Below, in pieces: positions 17,469 to 27,213 of a stretch of DNA of 46,057 nt; position 1 is the first letter of the stretch; every line of letters begins with the position of its first letter. A program made the position numbers and the translations under genes. This DNA comes from Fibrobacterales bacterium (lineage in GTDB: Bacteria; Fibrobacterota; Fibrobacteria; Fibrobacterales; JAOPTW01): positions 12,418 to 58,474 of the forward strand of contig JAOPTW010000042.1 of NCBI GenBank assembly GCA_051532035.1, written 5' to 3'. The notes under the pieces are model-generated. The model was not told the origin of the DNA. It ran no database searches and saw only the letters and a program-made list of their open reading frames with translations.

Positions 17469-18986
17469 CTAATCAAGAATACAGCGAACCGACGATGCAG
17501 TTTCAATAGATCGTTGCCTCTTTCTTAATTCATTATTTATAGTAGAAAGCTCAATTGTTTCAAGCGTACCATCATTTGAAAGTATCCACCATACCCCATA
17601 ATTTCCATGGTACATAAATTCATATGTATCATCAAAAAAGCCTCCAGGAGTAGCATTAAACTGATATATATCAAATCCACCGAGTTGTTCAAGTTTACCT
17701 CTTTCCCATAGATGCTTGCTTTTTAGTGCTTCTGCAATAGAGATGGTATTTTCGTCGGCAGTTATAGTCTCAATCAACTCATTCACATCATTAGAATTAG
17801 GTAAACGCCAACCTTCTGGGCAGACCGATTTACCACGAGTCTCTCTTGATACAACTGAATCCCCTCTATACAGTTGTCCATAGGTTATACAGTATTCAGG
17901 ATCATTATTGTAACACAATGGTTCGCTTTCAATGGTATAATTGAGGTTTTCACTCATCCATGTGCGTCCCCCGATTGTAGTTGTATAGTATACAGTATGA
18001 GTACGTCTATCACACATCATATTTTTTGACTCATTAATAGAATTACAAGAATCTTGACTCACCTTCTTAACGTTGTCCCAGAGTAGCTGATAATGAGACG
18101 CCTGTATGCAACGCACATAGTACCCATTTGATTTAGGAGAAACCCCAATGGTAGTATTTAAATTGGACACACCAAAGATATCCCCCGAAGTGTCTATATT
18201 CCCGCTCCCCCAAATAGAGGTTGCGAAACTGATTCCATAAAATTCAGGTTCCTTACAACTATCACATCTTTCAGCAGACTTCCGAACACCTCCCATTAAG
18301 ACATTCAAACCAAATTGATCGACACCATTATCGTAAGTCGAAGTATACAGAGAACCTACATAAGCGTCACCTGTAACCCCTCGTGCATACATCACTAAGT
18401 CATCAAAATTTCGTAATGTTGGAAGTACCCACCCCTCAGGGCAAACCCCTTCTACATCTACATATTTTTGTCCATAGTATGAATGATTGTAGCTCGTATC
18501 GATGCCCATTGCCTCTGCCCAACTATACATTCTGCCATAATAGTCACACAAATCATCGTTGTTATCATAACACCAACTGCTCGAAGTTTTAAATGCAAGG
18601 TTTTCTGCCATCCATACCGTCTCTCCTATTTGGACTGTTGCATATAGAGAAGTATCACGGATATCACAGAGTTGATCATCTTCTATTTCAAATGCACCAC
18701 AATGGGTACGTACAACGTCTTCTGAGCTCAGATTAGTATTATTCGAACTGTTGTTAGGAGTACTCAAATTTACTGATTCATTACTTTCACTTGATTCACT
18801 GCATATAATGAGTAGCAGACAATCTTGATCTTCGCAATCAATAAAACCATTATCATCATTATCAACAGAATCCGAGCATCGTATTAACGTGTCCTCTTTC
18901 TCTAATGCTCCAGTATCGTCTATCTGTGAACATGAAGTATACAATAGAACAAACACTACACCACACAGAAAATAGATATTTTTCAT
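17469..18986 (-). CDS. Lipoprotein with two FISUMP domains, paralog of the downstream gene
   Basis: YTSC lipobox; CSDSVDNDDNGFIDCEDQDC; two WM(A/S)ENL / CPEGW / VRCI units. Confidence 0.88.
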   Translation of the reverse strand: MKNIYFLCGVVFVLLYTSCSQIDDTGALEKEDTLIRCSDSVDNDDNGFIDCEDQDCLLLIICSESSESNESVNLSTPNNSSNNTNLSSEDVVRTHCGAFEIEDDQLCDIRDTSLYATVQIGETVWMAENLAFKTSSSWCYDNNDDLCDYYGRMYSWAEAMGIDTSYNHSYYGQKYVDVEGVCPEGWVLPTLRNFDDLVMYARGVTGDAYVGSLYTSTYDNGVDQFGLNVLMGGVRKSAERCDSCKEPEFYGISFATSIWGSGNIDTSGDIFGVSNLNTTIGVSPKSNGYYVRCIQASHYQLLWDNVKKVSQDSCNSINESKNMMCDRRTHTVYYTTTIGGRTWMSENLNYTIESEPLCYNNDPEYCITYGQLYRGDSVVSRETRGKSVCPEGWRLPNSNDVNELIETITADENTISIAEALKSKHLWERGKLEQLGGFDIYQFNATPGGFFDDTYEFMYHGNYGVWWILSNDGTLETIELSTINNELRKRQRSIETASSVRCILD

Positions 18987-19272
18987 ACCACACCTTTATG
19001 AGTCACTTCAATGAACCCTCTTCTCTACGCCACTGAAGTATGGTTAAAATTTAAATTGGTGTACTGAATCCCTCATCCCATCGCCAGTGAAAATTTAGTA
19101 TTTTATCGCATTCCCCAAATACCATATCTTTTCTCTTTTAACAATCTTTAGAATTTTGACCAGCGAATTGCATTCATTTGGTGAATGATCGAATAGTATC
19201 GCTATAATACATCTACAGTCGCCCAACGGCTACTGCTGCTAACGCTCATTGCCTGTTGATCGCTAAAGTCCT

Positions 19273-20181
19273 CTATTCTGGAAGTGATCCTAAAATTAAA
19301 TGTATCCCTACAGATACCCCATAAAAAAACGGATGATAATCTCTATTATTATATTGAGCTCTGTGAAATTTAAAGTTCAAATCAGAATAAAACGAGAACC
19401 GTTTCATAATATTAGTTTCATAACCTACACCATTAGATATCCCAAAGTAAGTGCCTTCATGACCGGATCCTTCACTTTCTATTGTTTTAATTTTTAACAA
19501 TGACGGACCTAACATCAATCGTACATAATGAAATTTTCCTAAATGTATTTTCCTAATATAGCCAACATCAAAGTAATCAAACTCAACACGATCAGCATAT
19601 GATTCATCAACCTTATCGATACTTACATTAAGAAACGAATAATTAAAATATATACCATTATGAAAACCAATCTCTATTCCAAAATCAGGCTTAAACGTTG
19701 TTACACTGTCTTCACTATACATGTTTATTTCTCGTGATTTATTTTCTGTAGTTTTATAACTGTATTCTTGTGTCATAAAACTTAAGCCTACATTTATCTT
19801 GAATCCATATGGTTTATATCTATTCTGTATTTTCTTTTTATATTTATAATCACTTTCGTATTTACTTTTTTTCCGCTTAATTTCTAACCAATCATTTAAC
19901 TCTGCAAACTCTGGTAAATCGTTATACGGATCAATTACAGCACTATCCTTTGAGGCAGTACTCTCGCCAACCATGGTTACAGAGCTATCAGCGTCAGTTT
20001 CACTTACCGCATTTATTGTTTCAGTATGTAACTCTTCAGATGTGCTACCCACCTCAATGGAATCACTTTTATTTTCAATTACTTCAGTCATAATATTACT
20101 ACCAGAATCGGAGCCTATTTTAGATTCCGAATATGCCATCGTTACAAACGTTAATAGCATCAAATAAGTCAATTTTTTCAC
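19273..20181 (-). CDS. Secreted protein with probable outer-membrane beta-barrel domain
   Basis: Signal peptide, acidic linker, alternating aromatic/Gly beta-strands, C-terminal YGVSVGIHL. Confidence 0.65.
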   Translation of the reverse strand: MKKLTYLMLLTFVTMAYSESKIGSDSGSNIMTEVIENKSDSIEVGSTSEELHTETINAVSETDADSSVTMVGESTASKDSAVIDPYNDLPEFAELNDWLEIKRKKSKYESDYKYKKKIQNRYKPYGFKINVGLSFMTQEYSYKTTENKSREINMYSEDSVTTFKPDFGIEIGFHNGIYFNYSFLNVSIDKVDESYADRVEFDYFDVGYIRKIHLGKFHYVRLMLGPSLLKIKTIESEGSGHEGTYFGISNGVGYETNIMKRFSFYSDLNFKFHRAQYNNRDYHPFFYGVSVGIHLILGSLPE

Positions 20182-20312
20182 AATTTCACCTCTCTATAAT
20201 TAGATTTCAAATATTAGACGTTTAGAAAGTTAGAATTGTTCATCTTTAATTTAAATGAGCATCATTTATATATAAAAATCGTATTTATGTGGAGAAACCA
20301 CCAATAAGGGGT

Positions 20313-20499
20313 TATAGTGGTTGTTCAATTGAGACAGCAAGAGCCTACATTTAACTATTTAAACGGAAATGTTGACCTGAGACAAGGGGGGATCACTCGG
20401 GCAAAAGCCACTCTCATATAAAAAATTCATGAACATATCCAGAGGTGTACCCAGAATCCGGCTTATCTAGGGCTCTGCTCCTTCTACTAGATTCTATTT
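20313..20499. repeat. MITE-like unit (IR-L 20313-20336 ... IR-R 20364-20397) joined to modules B and C
   Basis: The same two end motifs bound 13956-14164 with a different interior. Confidence 0.75.
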
Positions 20500-20659
20500 G
20501 TTGCGTGCTTTTCCTCTTGGGCCCAGAAGTTGATTATCAATACTGCCTCACCTAAGAAATTTATTTGCATCGGTTTTTCACACGTAATTAGGATGATGGA
20601 GGGTGAAATGAGCGGCCAATATAGGTGTAACCATTAGGTGATACGGCTTATGAGTCATA

Positions 20660-21139
20660 TGAACCCAGTAATGGAATCAATCTTATTTAAACTTGACCTA
20701 CATCAACGCCATACAGTAGTGTTTATTATTATTTTGATAGGTAACTACATGGAGTAAGTGGTATACAACTCATGATTATTTTGAAGAACAAGTTGCCGCA
20801 TATCACTTTTAAAAGCAGGAGAATACTATGAATTTATGGACACCTGAGACATTAGAAATAACCGGTGGTAAAAAAGGCATTACCATGCAAAAAGTTCCGC
20901 ATAGCTACTCAATGCAGACAATACAATTAACATTTGAGCCTGGCGCTAGTATTGCGCCTCATTCAAGCCCTTTGAATGTTCTTTTCTACGTAATAGAAGG
21001 CAAAGGAATGGTAACTATTGGCGATGAAAAGCAACTGTGCTCAGCGGGAACCTATATCGAAAGTCCAAAGGATTTAGATCACGGCTGGGAAAACCAGAGT
21101 GACAGCACCTTTAAAGTTTTAGTTATTAAATTATCCTAA
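20660..21139 (+). repeat. Direct repeat copy 2 (promoter plus cupin)
   Basis: See 3411-3890. The FNR-like box here is TTGACCTACATCAA (20693-20706). Confidence 0.95.
20828..21139 (+). CDS. Cupin domain protein (second copy)
   Basis: 7 amino-acid differences from 3579-3890. Confidence 0.9.
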   Translation: MNLWTPETLEITGGKKGITMQKVPHSYSMQTIQLTFEPGASIAPHSSPLNVLFYVIEGKGMVTIGDEKQLCSAGTYIESPKDLDHGWENQSDSTFKVLVIKLS

Positions 21140-21320
21140 TCTACTAAAGAAAATATTTTCTTCCCTGCAATCCTTGCAGGTATTGCGAATAACCCATGAA
21201 ATTTATTCAATGAGTGATCGTTTGTATTTACATGCCTACAGTATCACCTTTAGGCATGCTGTTACGCAAGAAGAAGTTTCGTTTAGTATTAATCCGGGCT
21301 TTTAATTCCGACCAGCATTT

Positions 21321-21423
21321 GTGCACTTAAATAATATCACCAGTAGAATAAGTGCACTAAACCCCCTCTTTTAACACCCTATACACATTTTAAGTGCACC
21401 AAGTAGTGCACTTAACAGTACAC
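21321..21423. promoter_or_regulatory. Array of GTGCAC palindromes upstream of a TIGR02147 gene
   Basis: GTGCAC at 21321, 21352, 21394, 21406 and GTACAC at 21418, mostly in an AGTGCACT(T)AA context. Confidence 0.6.
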
Positions 21424-21440
21424 TTCTTATATTTGTCCCT

Positions 21441-22280
21441 ATGCATGTGAATATATACAACTATCTCGACTACAGTCTCTACCTCCGTGAGTGGTACAAA
21501 GAGAAAAAGGTTAAGGCTCCTGGTACAACGCTGGAAAACCTTGCACAGTCTATCGATATTTCGTCAAAAAGTTACCTGTCGAGAATTTTCAATGGCTCGA
21601 ACCCACTATCACATCGCTCTCTTAAAACGATCCTCCCTCTTTTTGAACTTTCTCCGCCAGAATCCGAATATTTCTATCAACTGCTCTCTCTCAAACACGC
21701 TCAAAGCGATAGAGAGAAAGAGAATGCTTTGACAACATTAGAGAGCATTCAAAATCCAGAAACCTCTAAAATCCAATCAAAGAAGTACCATTATTTTAGA
21801 AAATGGTACACACCGGTGATACGAGAACTCGCCTGTTCTTCCCTCTTTAAGGGTAGACTCGATGATCTCAGATACTATATTACTCCTACTATTTCACATG
21901 AAGAGATACGGAAATCTATTGAGTTATTGCTCCAACTGAATCTCATTAAAAAAGATGGCGACCAATATGCTCAGACAGACACAGTTATTGCCGCTACAGA
22001 CCCCGAAGACTATGTTGCCCTCCGAAAACATCAAAAAGATATGATGGGTATGGGAATAGAAGCACTTGAACGCATACCTGCAGAAGAACGGAATATTCTA
22101 ACCTGCACTGCTGGTGTATCACATGAAGGATATACCGAGATTCAACAAGCGGTAACCCATTTTCAAAATACCCTTGCTGATATTCTCCAAAGACAGCATC
22201 GTGTAGAAAAATGTTTTCAAGTCAACCTTCAGTTTTTTCCTCTCTCCCGTTCGTTATCTAAGGGAAAAGGGGCGTCGTGA
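21441..22280 (+). CDS. TIGR02147 family protein
   Basis: NIYNYLDY..YLREWY, SSKSYLSRIFNG, YFRKWYTPVIREL, FQVNLQFFPLS. Confidence 0.9.
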   Translation: MHVNIYNYLDYSLYLREWYKEKKVKAPGTTLENLAQSIDISSKSYLSRIFNGSNPLSHRSLKTILPLFELSPPESEYFYQLLSLKHAQSDREKENALTTLESIQNPETSKIQSKKYHYFRKWYTPVIRELACSSLFKGRLDDLRYYITPTISHEEIRKSIELLLQLNLIKKDGDQYAQTDTVIAATDPEDYVALRKHQKDMMGMGIEALERIPAEERNILTCTAGVSHEGYTEIQQAVTHFQNTLADILQRQHRVEKCFQVNLQFFPLSRSLSKGKGAS

Positions 22281-23620
22281 AAAGCTTTGTATGTCTCATT
22301 AGTATGCTGTTGTTATCAATAGGTTGTTCAGTTTCTGTAGACTCTGATAATGGAACCGGGCGCATAACCGGTGGTACTATCATCACCAATACTGTTTCAC
22401 TCTTAAAAGCGAGCACTGCAGATAAGGCTCCCCTTATTATTAACCTGTATCGTACGGATGACCCCCACACCATTGTTCAATCAACAACGCCTGATCACAC
22501 AGGGCAATTTGTATTCGACAACCTTCCTCTTACACGCTACGATATCCTTTCGAAAAACAGTGCCCTCGGTACGCTTTTTCCTAATATATCCCTTACTGAT
22601 ACTGTCCCCTTTGTTCATATTGACTCACTCGTTTACTATCCCGTGACTCCTGTTTCGATACTCCCTGGTTCGCGCCCTATACACGCTCTCCTGTTTTATA
22701 GCGACACCCTTATGGTAGACAGTAATGGAACCTATCACTTTGATGTAATCCAGTTTGATACAACAAAAAGTACCGTTCCTGACCAAAGTCTTATAATCAT
22801 AGAATCAGTTGGGACTGAATTAACCGAAACCTCAATTTCTGTACCACTGGATGTAACGACCTTTACCCTTTCTTCGAGTAATAGTGCTGATAGTAGTGCT
22901 GACAATAGTGCCAATACTAATGACGATACAAGTGCCGATGTATCTGATGAACCAAGAAGTAGTAGCACTGTTTCAAGTGCTGATAGCTCCACTGAAAGCA
23001 GTGCAGTGAGTAGTGCACATGCAAGTTCGTCTTCATTTATACTATCCAGCACTCCAGAAGTGTTACTCTCCTCTAGTGAACCAGTATTGAGTTCTTCATC
23101 AATTGATGCTGATACTGATCCCCCTCAAACCGAGACTCCTTCTGTCCCCATTTTATCGGAAAAGATATATGGTGATTTTAAAATTACTACACAAGTACCG
23201 GCCAATTCTTACACCATAATTGACTCTATACCCATAACAGTCACCCTTACGAATATCAGTGACACTGCAGTACTATTCTATGCAATAGGGAGCAGCCCCC
23301 AAGAATGGTTGAAGCTTTCATTTCTCGATTTAGATTCCACTCCTTTTGGTATACTCTATCCTCATGGTGATAATGAAACAATGAACCTCCACAGCGTAGA
23401 GTTCGTGGATACGCTTGTTCAAATAGGCTATTGGGATAAGAGTGACTTTAGCTATGCAGATGGGAGAATCGTCACTACAATTCCAGCCGGCACATATCCG
23501 ATTATTACCTCTGTCCCTTTGTTAGATACTGTAAATCAGAACTCTTTTAGTTACATAAGAGATACGACGTTTATTACCATCACAGAGATCACCACTATGG
23601 GTAATACCCCGAACAAGTGA
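22277..23620 (+). CDS. Lipoprotein coupled to a TIGR02147 gene
   Basis: GTGA overlap; SIGC lipobox; GG-T..TN motif; T.D..GQFVF transthyretin-like segment; Ser-rich linker; Ig-like C-terminal domain. Confidence 0.8.
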   Translation: MKSFVCLISMLLLSIGCSVSVDSDNGTGRITGGTIITNTVSLLKASTADKAPLIINLYRTDDPHTIVQSTTPDHTGQFVFDNLPLTRYDILSKNSALGTLFPNISLTDTVPFVHIDSLVYYPVTPVSILPGSRPIHALLFYSDTLMVDSNGTYHFDVIQFDTTKSTVPDQSLIIIESVGTELTETSISVPLDVTTFTLSSSNSADSSADNSANTNDDTSADVSDEPRSSSTVSSADSSTESSAVSSAHASSSSFILSSTPEVLLSSSEPVLSSSSIDADTDPPQTETPSVPILSEKIYGDFKITTQVPANSYTIIDSIPITVTLTNISDTAVLFYAIGSSPQEWLKLSFLDLDSTPFGILYPHGDNETMNLHSVEFVDTLVQIGYWDKSDFSYADGRIVTTIPAGTYPIITSVPLLDTVNQNSFSYIRDTTFITITEITTMGNTPNK

Positions 23621-23734
23621 GATAAAAACTTCAATCAGTTTCTAAAAGCAAGATCCCGCTTATCCAGGTCTCTGCTCCTTCGACCAGATTCTGTTTCAGA
23701 TACTCCATACTTCATTTTTATTTCTTGTTAATTA

Positions 23735-25117
23735 CTACAGTGAGCATTTTAATTGAATTTTCCAATAATCGTCTCCCATCGAAAGTTCATCAAATAAATT
23801 ATACCCATAAGCAAATAAAATGTTAAATGACAAACCTAATGGAACCAATTCGATTGTTGCATTTAGATTAGCTTCAACCGTAGAGTAATTAAATTTGTCT
23901 GTATATTCGTTTAAGTTTAGTTGATTGTCAGCAATATGTTTTTGTCCATAAAACAACTCTAACACTAATTGCTTTAAATGTACTTGTTCTGACGCTGGTA
24001 TGGAAAATGTTTTAGCTATGTGCCATTGTGGTTTAATATGAATTTGAGTAAAGGGGTAATACATTGAGTAAGAGCCTGCTCCAAGAGTATTGAATCTATA
24101 CCCACTTTCGATATACGAAAAACCAAAACCAACTCCTGACGAATGTACTCCTGATACGTTAACATATCGATTGATACTTCTTTCAAATGCAGATGCGCTA
24201 TCAATACCTGACTGAGGCACCCCCTCTCCACTGGCACCCCATGTTTCTCTTTCAATGGTATAGCCGAAAGTTGCACGATAGCCTATGTGATTGAGTAATT
24301 GATGAGATGAATCTTCAATGCCTTTAGATACCGCCCCTTCGAACCCCCAAATATACCGTGTTTTATTTAAAGTCAATACGGGAATAGTCTGGAGCTCATT
24401 ATTAGGTACCCATGATATTCGCTCTGGGTAGGTGTAGCCTGCCGGATTGATTTTAAAACCATAGCCTCTGATAGTTGCTGTATGCCCCCAATAATTGATG
24501 CTTATATACCCATGCAATGATTTCTGATAGGCTATTTCACTCTCATTAGGATACCACTCAATTCCACCAGTTTCAGTAAATTGAGACAAGCCGAGTTCTA
24601 AATAAAATGTGATATTGGTATAAATACTCAGCTCTCGAAACAACACACCTCCATGCTGAACCTTTTCAAGATCAGTAACCCCATTCCAATTATTTATTGC
24701 GTGAGAAGACTGTCCATTATCAAACACCATTGAACTCACGATACTTTCATTCTCTAATACTTTCGACTCTCTATAGAGCACGAGTGAAAGCCATGAATGA
24801 GTCAATCCGCCAAATAATCGGAAATTTGTTTTATAGGGCATTGTTGTTTTTCCAACAATTCTCTTGAGTTGATTAATTGTAACAAAATTATTTTGAAAGG
24901 GAGCATTATAAACACCAGTAAAATCTTTATAGAATGAAGTCTCTTCTGTATCGAGAAACTGCATAGACGTTAGAGGCTGGGAAAAATCTGGAAGACTGTT
25001 ATCTATCCCTCCGCTCTGAATTGAATAATCTATAGTGACGGTTGGTTTGGGAAGTTCCACTTCAGCATAGAGAGATGAAACCATTATTACTACGAATGTA
25101 CTCAGTATATATTTCAT
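23735..25117 (-). CDS. Secreted hypothetical protein, possible outer-membrane barrel
   Basis: Signal peptide ending SLYA; aromatic-rich beta-strand pattern. Confidence 0.6.
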   Translation of the reverse strand: MKYILSTFVVIMVSSLYAEVELPKPTVTIDYSIQSGGIDNSLPDFSQPLTSMQFLDTEETSFYKDFTGVYNAPFQNNFVTINQLKRIVGKTTMPYKTNFRLFGGLTHSWLSLVLYRESKVLENESIVSSMVFDNGQSSHAINNWNGVTDLEKVQHGGVLFRELSIYTNITFYLELGLSQFTETGGIEWYPNESEIAYQKSLHGYISINYWGHTATIRGYGFKINPAGYTYPERISWVPNNELQTIPVLTLNKTRYIWGFEGAVSKGIEDSSHQLLNHIGYRATFGYTIERETWGASGEGVPQSGIDSASAFERSINRYVNVSGVHSSGVGFGFSYIESGYRFNTLGAGSYSMYYPFTQIHIKPQWHIAKTFSIPASEQVHLKQLVLELFYGQKHIADNQLNLNEYTDKFNYSTVEANLNATIELVPLGLSFNILFAYGYNLFDELSMGDDYWKIQLKCSL

Positions 25118-25398
25118 GAAATTATTTTAACGTTAGCATAGAATAGAACCTAAAATAGAATTTTGATGACTTTTTACTAGCCTCGGGCATTGCATAGAAA
25201 TATTAAATCCATCGTCAATTACCCCACACAGATAACTCACTCTGTTCGCAAATGTAAATTTAAAGTAACATTTACGAATTGCCAGCTTTAACTATAGCTG
25301 GATTATATTTTAAGACAAAGCACACAACTCAAATAATCCGGTTTTTATAGAATAAATAACTCAAAGCGTATTTATTCGTAAAACCATAGCGACACTGT

Positions 25399-27027
25399 AT
25401 GAAAAATCTAAGTCTTATCCTAACACTCATAACGGTATATTCACTCTTTAGCTGCAGTAACACTACCCTTCAGGATTCTCATTCTGACATTGAGGAAAAA
25501 CAAGAATTCAGTTCTGAAAACGCTACAGAAGATACATTAGAACTCAGCTCTCATGAATCATCTTTCGAAGAAACTCCTTCCCACATCAATACCTATTCAA
25601 GCGGTGAAATTCCGTTGAGCCAGAATGAAATGGCACATTCATCTGTGATAGAAACAATAAGTACTTCAACGTACTCTTATTCAAGTGATATAACTACCAC
25701 AAGCTCAACATCAAACAGCACTCATTCACACCTACCTATACTACGAGAAGAAAACAGAGATCGTGAAGAGCTCAATGGAGAAACACTCTTATCCACAGCT
25801 GATTGGCGCGATTCATCTCGATTTGTTTTCCATTCAGATTCACTCTATACCTATAACTTGTTAATTAAAACAAATGACCTGGCACGCATTGATGCCGATC
25901 CGACTGCAGAGGAGTATGTACCAGGATCGGTTGTATTTCATGGTGATACAATCAACGATGTACTTATCCGATATAAGGGCTCTGAAGGTTCCTGGTGGCC
26001 CTGTGCAAAGGAAAATGGAGAAGATGGTTCAAAGCAGTGTAAGTTATCTATGAAAATTAAATTCAATACCGATCAAAACCCTGATCGTCTCTTTTATGGA
26101 TTAAAAAAACTGCAGTTTCATTCAATGAATCATGGCCCATCATATATGGGTGAACGTTTTGCTTATTGGGCCTACCGAGAAATGGGTGTTCCCGCTTCTC
26201 GAACGACCCATGTTCGACTTCTTATTAACGGAAAGCTCGAAGGGCTCTTTTTATTGATTGAACAAATTGATGGAAGATTTACCCGCTATCGCTTTAATGA
26301 TGATGGTGGTAATATTTACAAACACTACTGGCCCCTCAACAAGGCAAAAAACTTTTCTGATTTATTAAAAACGAATGAAGAGGAGGATGATCATAGCGTT
26401 GTTAACAATTTTGAAACAGCTCTTACTACCGTCCAAAACAAAGAAGAATATAAATCATTCATAGATACATGGGGTGATTTAGATATACTGCTCAGGCATG
26501 TGGCTACTGCCCAAGCAGTTCTGAGCTACGACACCCCTTTTATGGGTACCTGGGTCAACGCACAGGCCAATGGGCATAATTCATATTCAGTAGTGTTACC
26601 TGAAAGCCAAAGGGTTCTTATGATTCCATGGGATCATGACATGGTTGATGAATACTATCAGCATCTTGGACAAAGTTATTGGCCCGAACTCGATGATATC
26701 TGGTCGGTCAAAGGGTATCCGGGGTGTTCTTTTACTCCCTCAACACCGTATGAGAAATATTGGTTCTGTTATCCCGACGAATACCGTACCGTGTTTGATG
26801 ATTTATACAATCGAGTTCAAAGTAAGAGAACTGCTATCTTAGATAAATGGAAACAAATGATTGAACCCGTTGTTAATGAAATGGAACAAAAAAAGGTTCT
26901 TCAAGCTGGCTACCCTTCAAGTCCTCAAACACTGTTAAGTTGGAACAAGGCTGTAGCAGACCTAGAAGGATTATTAAGTGATCAGGATGCGGTAGTGGAT
27001 GAGGTGAAGCAATCTATTGGCTTGTAA
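25399..27027 (+). CDS. CotH kinase family lipoprotein
   Basis: LFSC lipobox; IRYKG..S, KLSMKIKF, GLKKL, GVPASRT, L.INGK..GL..LIEQID..F, IPWD.D. Confidence 0.85.
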   Translation: MKNLSLILTLITVYSLFSCSNTTLQDSHSDIEEKQEFSSENATEDTLELSSHESSFEETPSHINTYSSGEIPLSQNEMAHSSVIETISTSTYSYSSDITTTSSTSNSTHSHLPILREENRDREELNGETLLSTADWRDSSRFVFHSDSLYTYNLLIKTNDLARIDADPTAEEYVPGSVVFHGDTINDVLIRYKGSEGSWWPCAKENGEDGSKQCKLSMKIKFNTDQNPDRLFYGLKKLQFHSMNHGPSYMGERFAYWAYREMGVPASRTTHVRLLINGKLEGLFLLIEQIDGRFTRYRFNDDGGNIYKHYWPLNKAKNFSDLLKTNEEEDDHSVVNNFETALTTVQNKEEYKSFIDTWGDLDILLRHVATAQAVLSYDTPFMGTWVNAQANGHNSYSVVLPESQRVLMIPWDHDMVDEYYQHLGQSYWPELDDIWSVKGYPGCSFTPSTPYEKYWFCYPDEYRTVFDDLYNRVQSKRTAILDKWKQMIEPVVNEMEQKKVLQAGYPSSPQTLLSWNKAVADLEGLLSDQDAVVDEVKQSIGL

Positions 27028-27213
27028 GCATGAAAGCCCTAATCCAGCCTGTTCATTATTGAGGGTACTGGATATCATTCATAATTGCAACATATACCAC
27101 ACCCCGCAAAGATTGTATGCCCCGGCTGATAAATAGTGGATTTATGCTACTGTATGAGTGTAAAAAAATTAAATTTTTCGTCTCACCCATTAATGTTCAA
27201 GAGAAGCACCGTT

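Noticed and set aside
19215..19270. GCCCAAC/GCTAAC motifs as a second attC
   Set aside because: No matching complementary R and L boxes at attC spacing.
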